Assembly (NCBI GenBank): GCA_023898645.1
Contig: CP060232.1
Coordinates: forward strand, 750,001-782,000
DNA length: 32,000 bases
Reading direction: 5' to 3'
Origin: Candidatus Saccharimonadota bacterium
Lineage (GTDB): Bacteria; Patescibacteriota; Saccharimonadia; Saccharimonadales; Saccharimonadaceae
Positions 1 through 8,327 of this stretch are shown in pieces; within the stretch, counting starts at the first letter, position 1; each line of letters opens with the position of its first letter. The notes beneath the pieces were generated by a model. That model had not been told where the DNA came from. It was given only the letters and a program-made list of their open reading frames with translations, and ran no database searches. Made by a program: the position numbers and the translations under genes.

Positions 1-94
1 ACACACCAATCTCTCCTGCAGCAGTCGGCAACACGACTTCGTAGGCTTCCTGGTCGACTTTAGTACCCAGAAGTGTAATCAGTTGAAATTTCAT
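1..94 (-). CDS. atpC: F1 ATP synthase epsilon subunit, 5' part only (continues past window start)
   Basis: Own translation of the minus strand from ATG at 94: MKFQLITLLGTKVDQEAYEVVLPTAAGEIGV... This matches the conserved epsilon N-terminus (lPt..GeiGv). It is absent from the ORF track because it is truncated. Confidence 0.8.
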   Translation of the reverse strand, partial: MKFQLITLLGTKVDQEAYEVVLPTAAGEIGV

Positions 95-142
95 TAGTTT
101 TATTCTATCAAATTATCGCTAAAAAATCACCTGCAATACCCA

Positions 143-170
143 TTGACATAGCAAACCATAAGCATATAAT
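143..170 (+). promoter_or_regulatory. sigma70-type promoter: TTGACA 143-148, 16-nt spacer, TATAAT 165-170
   Basis: Near-consensus hexamers read directly from the sequence. The ATTGACATA context recurs at 8012 and 9679. It lies upstream of the 44-codon ORF. Confidence 0.45.
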
Positions 171-261
171 CGCATACTGCAGTCGTGAGTCGAGCTGCTA
201 ACGAGGAGGGGATACGTTTGAATTTTTAGCAGCTTACAGGCACGTACGAGCTAACTACGAG

Positions 262-396
262 ATGTGGCGAGAAGATCGGAGTCCTCTTATAGAATATGAA
301 GTACTAACAGCGCTCGAATGGCTTGAAAAATACGGCAATCATTCACGCGATGAGAACAAGGACGAAGAAGATATAAATAAGGATGACAATCAATAA
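262..396 (+). CDS. hypothetical 44-aa acidic mini-protein (MWREDRSPLIEYEVLTALEWLEKYGNHSRDENKDEEDINKDDNQ)
   Basis: ATG..TAA ORF below the track's size cut-off. It is flanked by the promoter at 143-170 and the hairpin at 399-425. It has no good SD and no recognisable family. Confidence 0.3.
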   Translation: MWREDRSPLIEYEVLTALEWLEKYGNHSRDENKDEEDINKDDNQ

Positions 397-425
397 AAAA
401 CGCCACCTCACTACGAGACGGCGTT
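394..425 (-). terminator. intrinsic terminator immediately after atpD
   Basis: Stem AACGCC 399-404 / GGCGTT 420-425. On the minus strand it is followed by a run of 6 T (complement of A395-400). It lies 17 nt after the atpD stop. Confidence 0.65.
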
Positions 426-441
426 TCTTAGTTCGACGAAT

Positions 442-2095
<1,654 letters not shown>

Positions 2096-2099
<4 letters not shown>

Positions 2100-2965
2100 T
2101 TCATCGCCTCCACACCGCCGCTAATCTCGGCAAGCTCTTGGGTAATTGCGCTCTGGCGAGCTTTGTTCATTTCAAGCGTCAGGTCATCAATTAGATCGTT
2201 TGCGTTGTCGGTAGCATTTTTCATGGCTAGCATACGCATGATGTACTCGCTGGCGCGGGCGGTCAAAAGTGCATGGTACACCTGTGCTTCAATCAAGCGA
2301 TAGGTGATAGCAGCCAAGACTTCTTCAGTACTTGGTTCGAACTCGGCGGTTCGTACGGCTTCACTGACTTCTGTTTTTTCAAAACCTGCAGGCAAAATTC
2401 GCTGCGTGGTCGCTTGTTGCTGGACAGTACTGATAAACTCGGTAAATACCACGTCAACGGCGTCAACGTCTCCCTTTTTGAATGCCTCGACGGCAGTGTC
2501 GACGATTGTACGTAATTGATTGCCAGCCGGATCGTCAGGCAAGTCCTGGTAGGCGGCAATGACCGGCGTATCTTTAAGTCGTGCAGCGAACCTGTTAGCA
2601 CGACGACCGACGGCGATTGTCTGATTCTTTACGCCCGCGGCATCGTCTTCGATGAGATGACGATGATATAGCTTCAACACGTTCGAATCATACGCTCCTG
2701 CCAAACCTTTGTCAGTTGCTATTACTATAAGTAAGCGACTTTTGATTTTGTCGGCCTTGCGAAACAGGGGATCACGATCGGTCTCGCCCTGACTAGCCAG
2801 ATAGGTAAGAAGTTCGTTGGCAGCTTGTGTATATGGACCAGACGCCTTTTCATTTTCTTGTGCTTTTCGCATCTTGCTAGCGGCGACCAGCTGCATAGCC
2901 TTAGTAATCTGCTTCGTTGATTTGACTGAGCGAATTCGGGTCTTTAGTGCTCTTGTTGACGACAT
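2096..2965 (-). CDS. atpG: F1 ATP synthase gamma subunit
   Basis: MSSTRALKTRIRSVKSTKQITKAMQLVAASKMRKAQ is a typical gamma N-terminus. I prefer the ATG at 2965 (GGGAGG SD, TAATG overlap with the upstream ORF) over the track start at 2980. Confidence 0.95.
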
Positions 2966-3231
2966 TACTTCGCCTCCCAATCGGGCCCAAGCATGTCATG
3001 GCCCGAATCATTCAGTTTAGCCGGCCGCACGTTAACGTAGCCATAGTTACGGTTCATTCGAACGGCAACCGCCGCATCATCAATGGCGTGCGTTGCGAAG
3101 CTTCGTGATTTCTTACGACTAAGAATAGATCGGAGCGATTTTATCACCTCTTTGCAATCTTCCACTATCGAATCCGAAGGCGCATTAAACACCTCAGGAA
3201 TCATAGTCATTTTTGCTCCTTCGAAAGGCAT
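2965..3231 (-). CDS. hypothetical 88-aa protein encoded between atpA and atpG
   Basis: The ATG lies 3 nt after the atpA stop and has a GAGGAG SD. An alternative start is M8 at 3210 with AAGGAG. The stop overlaps the atpG ATG (TAATG). No recognisable family. Confidence 0.5.
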   Translation of the reverse strand: MPFEGAKMTMIPEVFNAPSDSIVEDCKEVIKSLRSILSRKKSRSFATHAIDDAAVAVRMNRNYGYVNVRPAKLNDSGHDMLGPDWEAK

Positions 3232-3234
3232 CGA

Positions 3235-4770
3235 TTACTCCTCAAATCCTTTCGCTACAGCCTTGGCAACCTTTTCGAGCAACTTGGCAGTGTCGGTATC
3301 ATCGGCGATTTTTTCCTCACCCTTGTTGAGTTCTTGCATGTCCTTTTTGTGATCAGTCCATAGGCGAGTTAGCAAAGCAGTCTTAGCCTCTTGGATTTTA
3401 GCAACAGGAACTTTGTCGAACGAACCGCTGTTAACGGCATAGATACTAGCAACCTGCTCCCAGACACCCATCGGTGTGTACTGATGCTGTTTGAGTAGCT
3501 CGGTCAAGCGCTGGCCGCGTTCAATTTGCGACTTAGTTGCTTCGTCTAGGTCACTACCAAACTGCGCAAAGCTTGCGAGTTCGCGATACTGACTTAGGCC
3601 AAGCTTCAAGTGTGAACCGACGGATTTCACGGATTTTGTTTGCGCGTCACCACCGACACGGCTCACTGACAAACCAGCACTAATAGCCGGACGGATACCT
3701 TGGTTAAACAGATCAGTTTCCATAAAGATCTGACCGTCAGTGATGGAAATAACGTTAGTCGGAATATACGCAGAGATGTCGCCAGCTTGCGTTTCAATGA
3801 TTGGCAGAGCAGTCAATGAACCAGCACCGAGGTCGTCAGACAACTTAGCTGAACGCTCGAGAAGGCGAGAGTGCAGGTAGAACACGTCCCCAGGGAAGGC
3901 TTCGCGGCCTGGTGGACGGCGAAGTAGAAGTGACATCTGGCGATAGGCGACAGCATGCTTCGTAAGATCGTCGTAAATAATCAGCGCGTGCTTCTTGTTG
4001 TCGCGGAAGTATTCACCCATGGCAGTTGCGGCATATGGAGCAAGGTAAAGCAGAGAAGCGGGGTCAGACGGACCGGTCGCAACTACTATAGTTTGGTCCA
4101 TAACGCCTTCGGCCTTCAAACGTTCAACCAAGCGTGCGGTTTTACTGAGCTTCTGACCGATAGCGACATAAATATTCACGACGCCAGTCTTTTGACGGCC
4201 TTGGTTGATCATAGTGTCAATCGCAATAGCAGTCTTACCGGTCTGGCGGTCGCCAATGATCAACTCACGCTGACCGCGACCAATAGGGAACATCGCGTCA
4301 ATCGACATAACACCAGTCATCATAGGCTCATGCACGTGCTTACGGCCAAGTACGCCGATTGCTTCGCGCTCAACCAAGCCGCGTTGCTTCGTTTTGATTT
4401 CTGGACCGCCATCAAGCGGGCGTCCGAGTGGGTCAACCACTCGTCCAAGGAGCTCTTCGCCCACAGGCACGTCAAGCACCGTACCCTTAAGCTTCACTTT
4501 ACTACCAGCAGATACCGTTTCGTCACCGCCCAGCAATACGGCGCCGATTTCATCTTCATTCAAGTTCAGGGCAAACGCCTCAACAATTCCTTTGTCTGTC
4601 TCGATCTCGAGCACCTCGCTATAACCGGCTGCACGCAGGCCGTACACCCATGCCACGCCGTCACCAACGCGGGTAACGATCCCGACGCTTTCCAAATCAC
4701 CCGACACTTCGAGTGCCGTGATAGCGTCGCGGAGTTCTTTGCTGAGGTCTGTAACTGATAGTTCTGCCAT
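3235..4770 (-). CDS. atpA: F1 ATP synthase alpha subunit
   Basis: 511 aa. Walker A GDRQTGKT and full-length alpha-subunit similarity. Confidence 0.97.
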   Translation of the reverse strand: MAELSVTDLSKELRDAITALEVSGDLESVGIVTRVGDGVAWVYGLRAAGYSEVLEIETDKGIVEAFALNLNEDEIGAVLLGGDETVSAGSKVKLKGTVLDVPVGEELLGRVVDPLGRPLDGGPEIKTKQRGLVEREAIGVLGRKHVHEPMMTGVMSIDAMFPIGRGQRELIIGDRQTGKTAIAIDTMINQGRQKTGVVNIYVAIGQKLSKTARLVERLKAEGVMDQTIVVATGPSDPASLLYLAPYAATAMGEYFRDNKKHALIIYDDLTKHAVAYRQMSLLLRRPPGREAFPGDVFYLHSRLLERSAKLSDDLGAGSLTALPIIETQAGDISAYIPTNVISITDGQIFMETDLFNQGIRPAISAGLSVSRVGGDAQTKSVKSVGSHLKLGLSQYRELASFAQFGSDLDEATKSQIERGQRLTELLKQHQYTPMGVWEQVASIYAVNSGSFDKVPVAKIQEAKTALLTRLWTDHKKDMQELNKGEEKIADDTDTAKLLEKVAKAVAKGFEE

Positions 4771-4780
4771 AATTTCTTCC

Positions 4781-5170
4781 TTATATCTTGCTTGCTGTTA
4801 ATTGGTTGAGTCGATGACGGAGTGTCATGTCTAGCCGCTGGTCTGGAGTCTCTATGCGCACACCACCGAGCAAAGTCGGGTCGACCGACGATCTAAGGTG
4901 GATTTGCTTAGCGTTTGTTGCGTGTTTCAAAAAGCTAGAGACAGCAGCTTCGGTGTCCGCGGTCAGTTCGCGGCTACTCGCAATGTCTGCTAGTAATACA
5001 CCGCGATCCGAAAGGGCAGCCTCGATATCTCGTACAAACAGTACTGTTTCGCGCGTTCGTTTGGCTTCTACCAAATACGCGGCAAGCTCCTTTGTGACAC
5101 TCCGGCCAGCCAGTAGCTCATCGGCAAAATACGCAGCAACTTTACGCCGCGACAACCGGACTCCTGCCAT
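4781..5170 (-). CDS. atpH: ATP synthase delta (OSCP) subunit, unusually short at 129 aa
   Basis: The position between atpF and atpA fits delta. The C-terminal [28 protein letters not shown] matches the delta/OSCP signature. Confidence 0.8.
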   Translation of the reverse strand: MAGVRLSRRKVAAYFADELLAGRSVTKELAAYLVEAKRTRETVLFVRDIEAALSDRGVLLADIASSRELTADTEAAVSSFLKHATNAKQIHLRSSVDPTLLGGVRIETPDQRLDMTLRHRLNQLTASKI

Positions 5171-5703
5171 TAAGAATTCTCCTTGACCGCTTCGGCAATA
5201 ATCTTCTTGTCTACGTCGGCGTTCACTGCCTTGCCCACAACCTTTTCAGTAGCCAGAGCGACCAGTTCGATAGTGTCATTGTGTAATACCTTACGCGCAG
5301 CGATAACGTCTTTTTCCAGCTGATCATGTGCATCTGTAACGATTTTTTCAGCACGTTTCTTCGCCTTGTCTTCAGAATCGGCAATCATGGCCGTCGCTTC
5401 GTCTTTAGCAGTTATCACGATATCTTTAGCTTCTTCGCGTGCTTCTTTAAGCAACTTGGCAACTTCCTTTTGTGCTTCGGCTGCCTTTTCTTCGGCGGCG
5501 GCAGCAGCTTTGGCGCCGGCGTTAATTGCTTCCTGACGGTCATCAACGGTTTTCATCAGTACAGGAAAAACCCACTTATTAAGCACGAATACCAGTATGA
5601 GAAACGCGACCATCTGGAACAACAACATCTGTCCATTAATACCCAGAGAGGTAAAGATATCTCCCGAGTTTGAAGCTGCAAATTGTTGGAACGGTTGTGT
5701 CAT
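5170..5703 (-). CDS. atpF: Fo ATP synthase b subunit
   Basis: 177 aa. One N-terminal TM helix followed by a long Ala/Lys/Glu-rich helix. Operon position fits. TAATG overlap with atpH. Confidence 0.85.
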   Translation of the reverse strand: MTQPFQQFAASNSGDIFTSLGINGQMLLFQMVAFLILVFVLNKWVFPVLMKTVDDRQEAINAGAKAAAAAEEKAAEAQKEVAKLLKEAREEAKDIVITAKDEATAMIADSEDKAKKRAEKIVTDAHDQLEKDVIAARKVLHNDTIELVALATEKVVGKAVNADVDKKIIAEAVKENS

Positions 5704-5722
5704 ATATTTCCTTGGGTATTAA

Positions 5723-5938
5723 TTAGCCGACAGATTTCGCAATGAAGGCCACGACGATACCGATGATAGCTAGAGAGTCGGCAAAGACAATCGCAGTAAT
5801 CATCAGCGTACGGATCTGACCTAGTTGTTCAGGGTTACGACCAAAGGCACCAAGTGCACCACCACCGATAACGCCGATACCGATTGCGGCGCCCAGAGCT
5901 GGCAATGCATACGCAAGCACAAATGCTAATTCATTCAT
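5723..5938 (-). CDS. atpE: Fo ATP synthase c subunit
   Basis: 71-aa two-helix hairpin. Gly-rich helix 1 (AIGIGVIGGGALGA) and an acidic residue in helix 2 (FADSLAIIG). Confidence 0.9.
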   Translation of the reverse strand: MNELAFVLAYALPALGAAIGIGVIGGGALGAFGRNPEQLGQIRTLMITAIVFADSLAIIGIVVAFIAKSVG

Positions 5939-5976
5939 TTATTTTTTCTCCTTTTAAAATTACCTATATTATATCA

Positions 5977-6795
5977 TCATTCCGTCGACACGGCCGTGTG
6001 TTTATGAGTGCCGTTTGGAGAATGATCGATAGAAGTGAGCGGTTCTTCGTGCGAACCATGACTTTCAACAGCCAGTGACGTAAAGATAACGGTAAGTATA
6101 AAGAATACATACGCCTGCACGAAACCGATGAACAATTCGAAGCCCATAAATAAAGGCAACGCCAAAACAGAGAAGTAGCTCGTGAGTACACCGATGATAA
6201 CGAGGAGAATCTCGCCCGCAAAACAGTTACCGAACATTCGGACGCTTAGCGCGGCATAACGTGAGAATTCTCCGATAAATTCCAATGCGCCTTCAAATGA
6301 TCCGATGGGATCTTTCAGTGGGTTGCGGAAATACCGACCCATGTTTCCGATAGGTCCATGGGCGCGGATGGCATGGTACTGCACGGTTATTAGCACGATT
6401 ATCGCTACCGCGAAGGTGAAGTTCAAGTCGGCAGCCAACGACCGCAGCACCGGCACGTCGTTATATTTGACAGAGTCTAGCCCTGGCAAGACACTCATCC
6501 AGTACGAAAACAACATGATGAAAAAGATACTGAGCGCGAGCGGCGCAACTTTACGAGCAAGCCGTGGGTCCGGTATGACACTTTCCACCTGACCGAGCAT
6601 TCCCTCGAAAGCCCACTGCACTAGTCCGACAAAGCGGTTATAACGACCTCGTTTTAGCATATAAACGACGTAGGCGAACACGGCTAGCATCACCGTAACA
6701 CCAGCGGCTCCAGTTAGTTCAGAATTAGTTACAGGAAAACCAGCTACTTTAAATAGCTCCTGAGCACCGACACTAATTTCTATTCCGCTAGACAT
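5977..6795 (-). CDS. atpB: Fo ATP synthase a subunit
   Basis: 272-aa polytopic protein. The conserved LSVRMFGNCFAGE motif carries the essential Arg. Confidence 0.9.
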   Translation of the reverse strand: MSSGIEISVGAQELFKVAGFPVTNSELTGAAGVTVMLAVFAYVVYMLKRGRYNRFVGLVQWAFEGMLGQVESVIPDPRLARKVAPLALSIFFIMLFSYWMSVLPGLDSVKYNDVPVLRSLAADLNFTFAVAIIVLITVQYHAIRAHGPIGNMGRYFRNPLKDPIGSFEGALEFIGEFSRYAALSVRMFGNCFAGEILLVIIGVLTSYFSVLALPLFMGFELFIGFVQAYVFFILTVIFTSLAVESHGSHEEPLTSIDHSPNGTHKHTAVSTE

Positions 6796-7048
6796 CTTTT
6801 GCCGCCTTTACATATTGTTGTCTTATCAAAAACGCCGTCACAACGATACCGATTGTTAGGCCACCGATGCCATACCATGGCTCAGTCTTAAATTGGCCGT
6901 CGAGCCAGAGACCTATTCCTGTACCGCCAAGTGTCGGTAGAAACATCCTCCAGGTCGTATCCGCAGCTGTCGCAAACAATAAAATGACCGTCGATTTCTC
7001 AGGCGGTGTAGGCTTGTCGTCGCTTTTTTTAGCCGCGGCAGCGCTCAT
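6788..7048 (-). CDS. AtpZ/AtpI-like small membrane protein (ATPase_gene1 family)
   Basis: Two TM helices, and it is the first gene of the atp operon. I prefer the start at M23 (ATG 7048) because the longer form would overlap the divergent gene at 7089. Confidence 0.6.
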   Translation of the reverse strand: MSAAAAKKSDDKPTPPEKSTVILLFATAADTTWRMFLPTLGGTGIGLWLDGQFKTEPWYGIGGLTIGIVVTAFLIRQQYVKAAKDV

Positions 7049-7088
7049 TACGGTATATACTGTAACAGAGAAAGTACCCCATATCAAG

Positions 7089-7289
7089 ATGCCTCGACGA
7101 CATAAACCAATCAAACATACGCCCTACAGTTTACCCGATAACGAAAGGGGCAAGACACGCTATCCTAGCGAACTGGCAGCCAAAAAAGCAGCAGAATTAA
7201 TCATGCTTCAGAACCCTCATCTTGAACTACGAGTCTATCAAGCATCAAACGGCGGTTGGTATTTAACCAGACAAAACACCGACAGATAA
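7089..7289 (+). CDS. hypothetical 66-aa basic protein (..RVYQASNGGWYLTRQ C-terminus)
   Basis: Internal ATG of track ORF 6867..7289. It is divergent from the atp operon. It resembles small proteins that end in a G-W-[HY]-L-T motif, recalled from memory only. Confidence 0.5.
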   Translation: MPRRHKPIKHTPYSLPDNERGKTRYPSELAAKKAAELIMLQNPHLELRVYQASNGGWYLTRQNTDR

Positions 7290-7318
7290 TTGACACCACA
7301 TAAAACATATCGTAATAT
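7290..7318 (+). promoter_or_regulatory. promoter of cassette A: TTGACA 7290-7295, 17-nt spacer, TAATAT 7313-7318
   Basis: Hexamers read directly from the sequence. The predicted TSS is near 7325, inside the palindrome TGACGTCA (7318-7325). Confidence 0.5.
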
Positions 7319-7349
7319 GACGTCACTTCACGTAGGTGGTGTAACTGAG

Positions 7350-7488
7350 GTACCTTGACAAGCAGACAAGCACAAGGTGAGGTGCAGAGGCGCGGACAAC
7401 GGCGCCACTCCATCTCATCTTGTGTTGGTAAGAATACACAAGCAGGGTTAGCCCTGAGGACAATCGCCTGTGAGAAACCGGAAGGAAA
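7350..7488 (+). promoter_or_regulatory. conserved structured 5' leader, copy A (139 nt, identical to 8093-8231)
   Basis: Base-for-base identity with copy B. Hand fold gives a 16-bp helix 7369-7384/7411-7426, an alternative hairpin 7419-7425/7436-7442, and a hairpin 7443-7447/7452-7456. It ends in the SD GGAAGGA. Confidence 0.6.
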
Positions 7489-7493
7489 CTGCG

Positions 7494-7898
7494 ATGACAA
7501 TCGCAATCCAAAAGGGCCGGGCGATAGTCTTGGCCTTACTGATGGCAATAGCAATGCTATTTGCAACAGGGGTTTCGACCTCGGTACTGCCACGAGCTCA
7601 TGCCGACAACTGGACGCGCATTGAAAACTACGCGTGGCAAGGAGGCAACTTCGCATGCGATGCCGTGCGAGTCATCGGACCGTATTGGGGTGCCGCGTCC
7701 TACGCCAACTGGAACCTGTGGCGCATCAATGATAATAAATCTTGGACACGACAAGATCTCTCTATCGTGCTTGCGCTTGGTGCCGCCCAGAAGTGTCCTG
7801 AATACTTCTGGATTTTCGCGTACCAGATACCTCCGGAAATCGCACAGCGCATCGCACCGCCACCCCCGCCCGCACCCGCACCACCAGCTCTACCGTAG
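7494..7898 (+). CDS. small secreted protein with a signal peptide and a Pro-rich C-terminal tail
   Basis: MTIAIQKGRAIVLALLMAIAMLFATGVSTSVLPRAHA|DNW has the n-h-c regions of a signal peptide and an AHA cleavage site. The tail is APPPPPAPAPPALP. SD GGAAGGA lies 7 nt upstream. The track start at 7470 (GTG) is rejected. Confidence 0.75.
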   Translation: MTIAIQKGRAIVLALLMAIAMLFATGVSTSVLPRAHADNWTRIENYAWQGGNFACDAVRVIGPYWGAASYANWNLWRINDNKSWTRQDLSIVLALGAAQKCPEYFWIFAYQIPPEIAQRIAPPPPPAPAPPALP

Positions 7899-7920
7899 AA
7901 AACTCTTTTAAATAGAGCAC

Positions 7921-7970
7921 GGAAGTGGCAAGCAGGCGGGTGTATTCATACCCGTCTGTTTGTCGCTTTC
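7921..7970 (+). repeat. conserved 3' UTR stem-loop, copy A (20 bp, 10-nt loop)
   Basis: 7921-7940 pairs with 7951-7970. The stem has 5 G-U/U-G wobbles that are valid only in a + strand transcript. It is homologous to 9595-9643. Confidence 0.6.
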
Positions 7971-7977
7971 ATTTCAC

Positions 7978-8002
7978 AGCCCCTTCGGGGGCTTATTTTT
8001 TT
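7978..8002 (+). terminator. intrinsic terminator of cassette A
   Basis: AGCCCC-TTCG-GGGGCT followed by TATTTTTTT. Identical to 9646-9670. Confidence 0.85.
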
Positions 8003-8092
8003 GAAGCAGTAATTGACATAATGCTAATGATTATGTTGTAGTTGTAGTTATTTATAAAATATGTCAAAATACCACCAACTTCAGTCACTGAA

Positions 8093-8231
8093 GTACCTTG
8101 ACAAGCAGACAAGCACAAGGTGAGGTGCAGAGGCGCGGACAACGGCGCCACTCCATCTCATCTTGTGTTGGTAAGAATACACAAGCAGGGTTAGCCCTGA
8201 GGACAATCGCCTGTGAGAAACCGGAAGGAAA
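8093..8231 (+). promoter_or_regulatory. conserved structured 5' leader, copy B
   Basis: Identical to 7350-7488. Preceded by the TTGACA box at 8013-8018. Confidence 0.6.
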
Positions 8232-8234
8232 ACG

Positions 8235-8327
8235 ATGAAAATCGCAATCCCAAGGTGCCGGGCGATAGTCTCGGTACGCACCATCGTCACCTACGACACG
8301 AATCGAACTGGAGGCTACGTATCATGA
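8235..8327 (+). CDS. 30-codon upstream ORF / leader peptide ([30 protein letters not shown])
   Basis: It uses the same SD and ATG position as the cassette A gene. Its first 13 codons are homologous to that signal-peptide start. Its stop TGA overlaps the ACAD ATG (ATGA at 8324-8327). Confidence 0.35.
   Translation: MKIAIPRCRAIVSVRTIVTYDTNRTGGYVS

Noticed and set aside
3955-4758. 267-aa + strand ORF antisense to atpA, and similar antisense ORFs in atpD, atpG, atpF and atpB.
   Set aside because: They are antisense shadows of highly conserved ATP synthase genes. They have no independent signals.
7470-7490. The CCGGAAGGAA segment of the leader resembles the SRP (4.5S) RNA domain IV motif.
   Set aside because: The surrounding sequence lacks the symmetric and asymmetric loop helix of SRP RNA. 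The segment is duplicated directly upstream of start codons, where it acts as an SD.
7323-7511. Minus-strand ORFs 7323..7511 and 8081..8290 encode near-identical peptides (..[46 protein letters not shown]..). They look like a duplicated small gene.
   Set aside because: They are simply the reverse-frame read of the duplicated 139-nt leader. They have no SD, they run antisense into the promoters, and the identity stops exactly at the leader boundaries.
7201-7656. 151-aa minus-strand ORF across the cassette A promoter and leader.
   Set aside because: It overlaps a + strand gene with a clear signal peptide and overlaps the leader. Its composition is Cys/Arg/Ser-rich, and nothing supports a start.
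8213-8323. The track start (GTG 8213) would give the ACAD a 37-aa N-terminal extension.
   Set aside because: The extension lies inside the conserved leader and in a different frame from the leader's own ATG. ATG 8324 has a GGAGG SD, and ACAD homology begins there.
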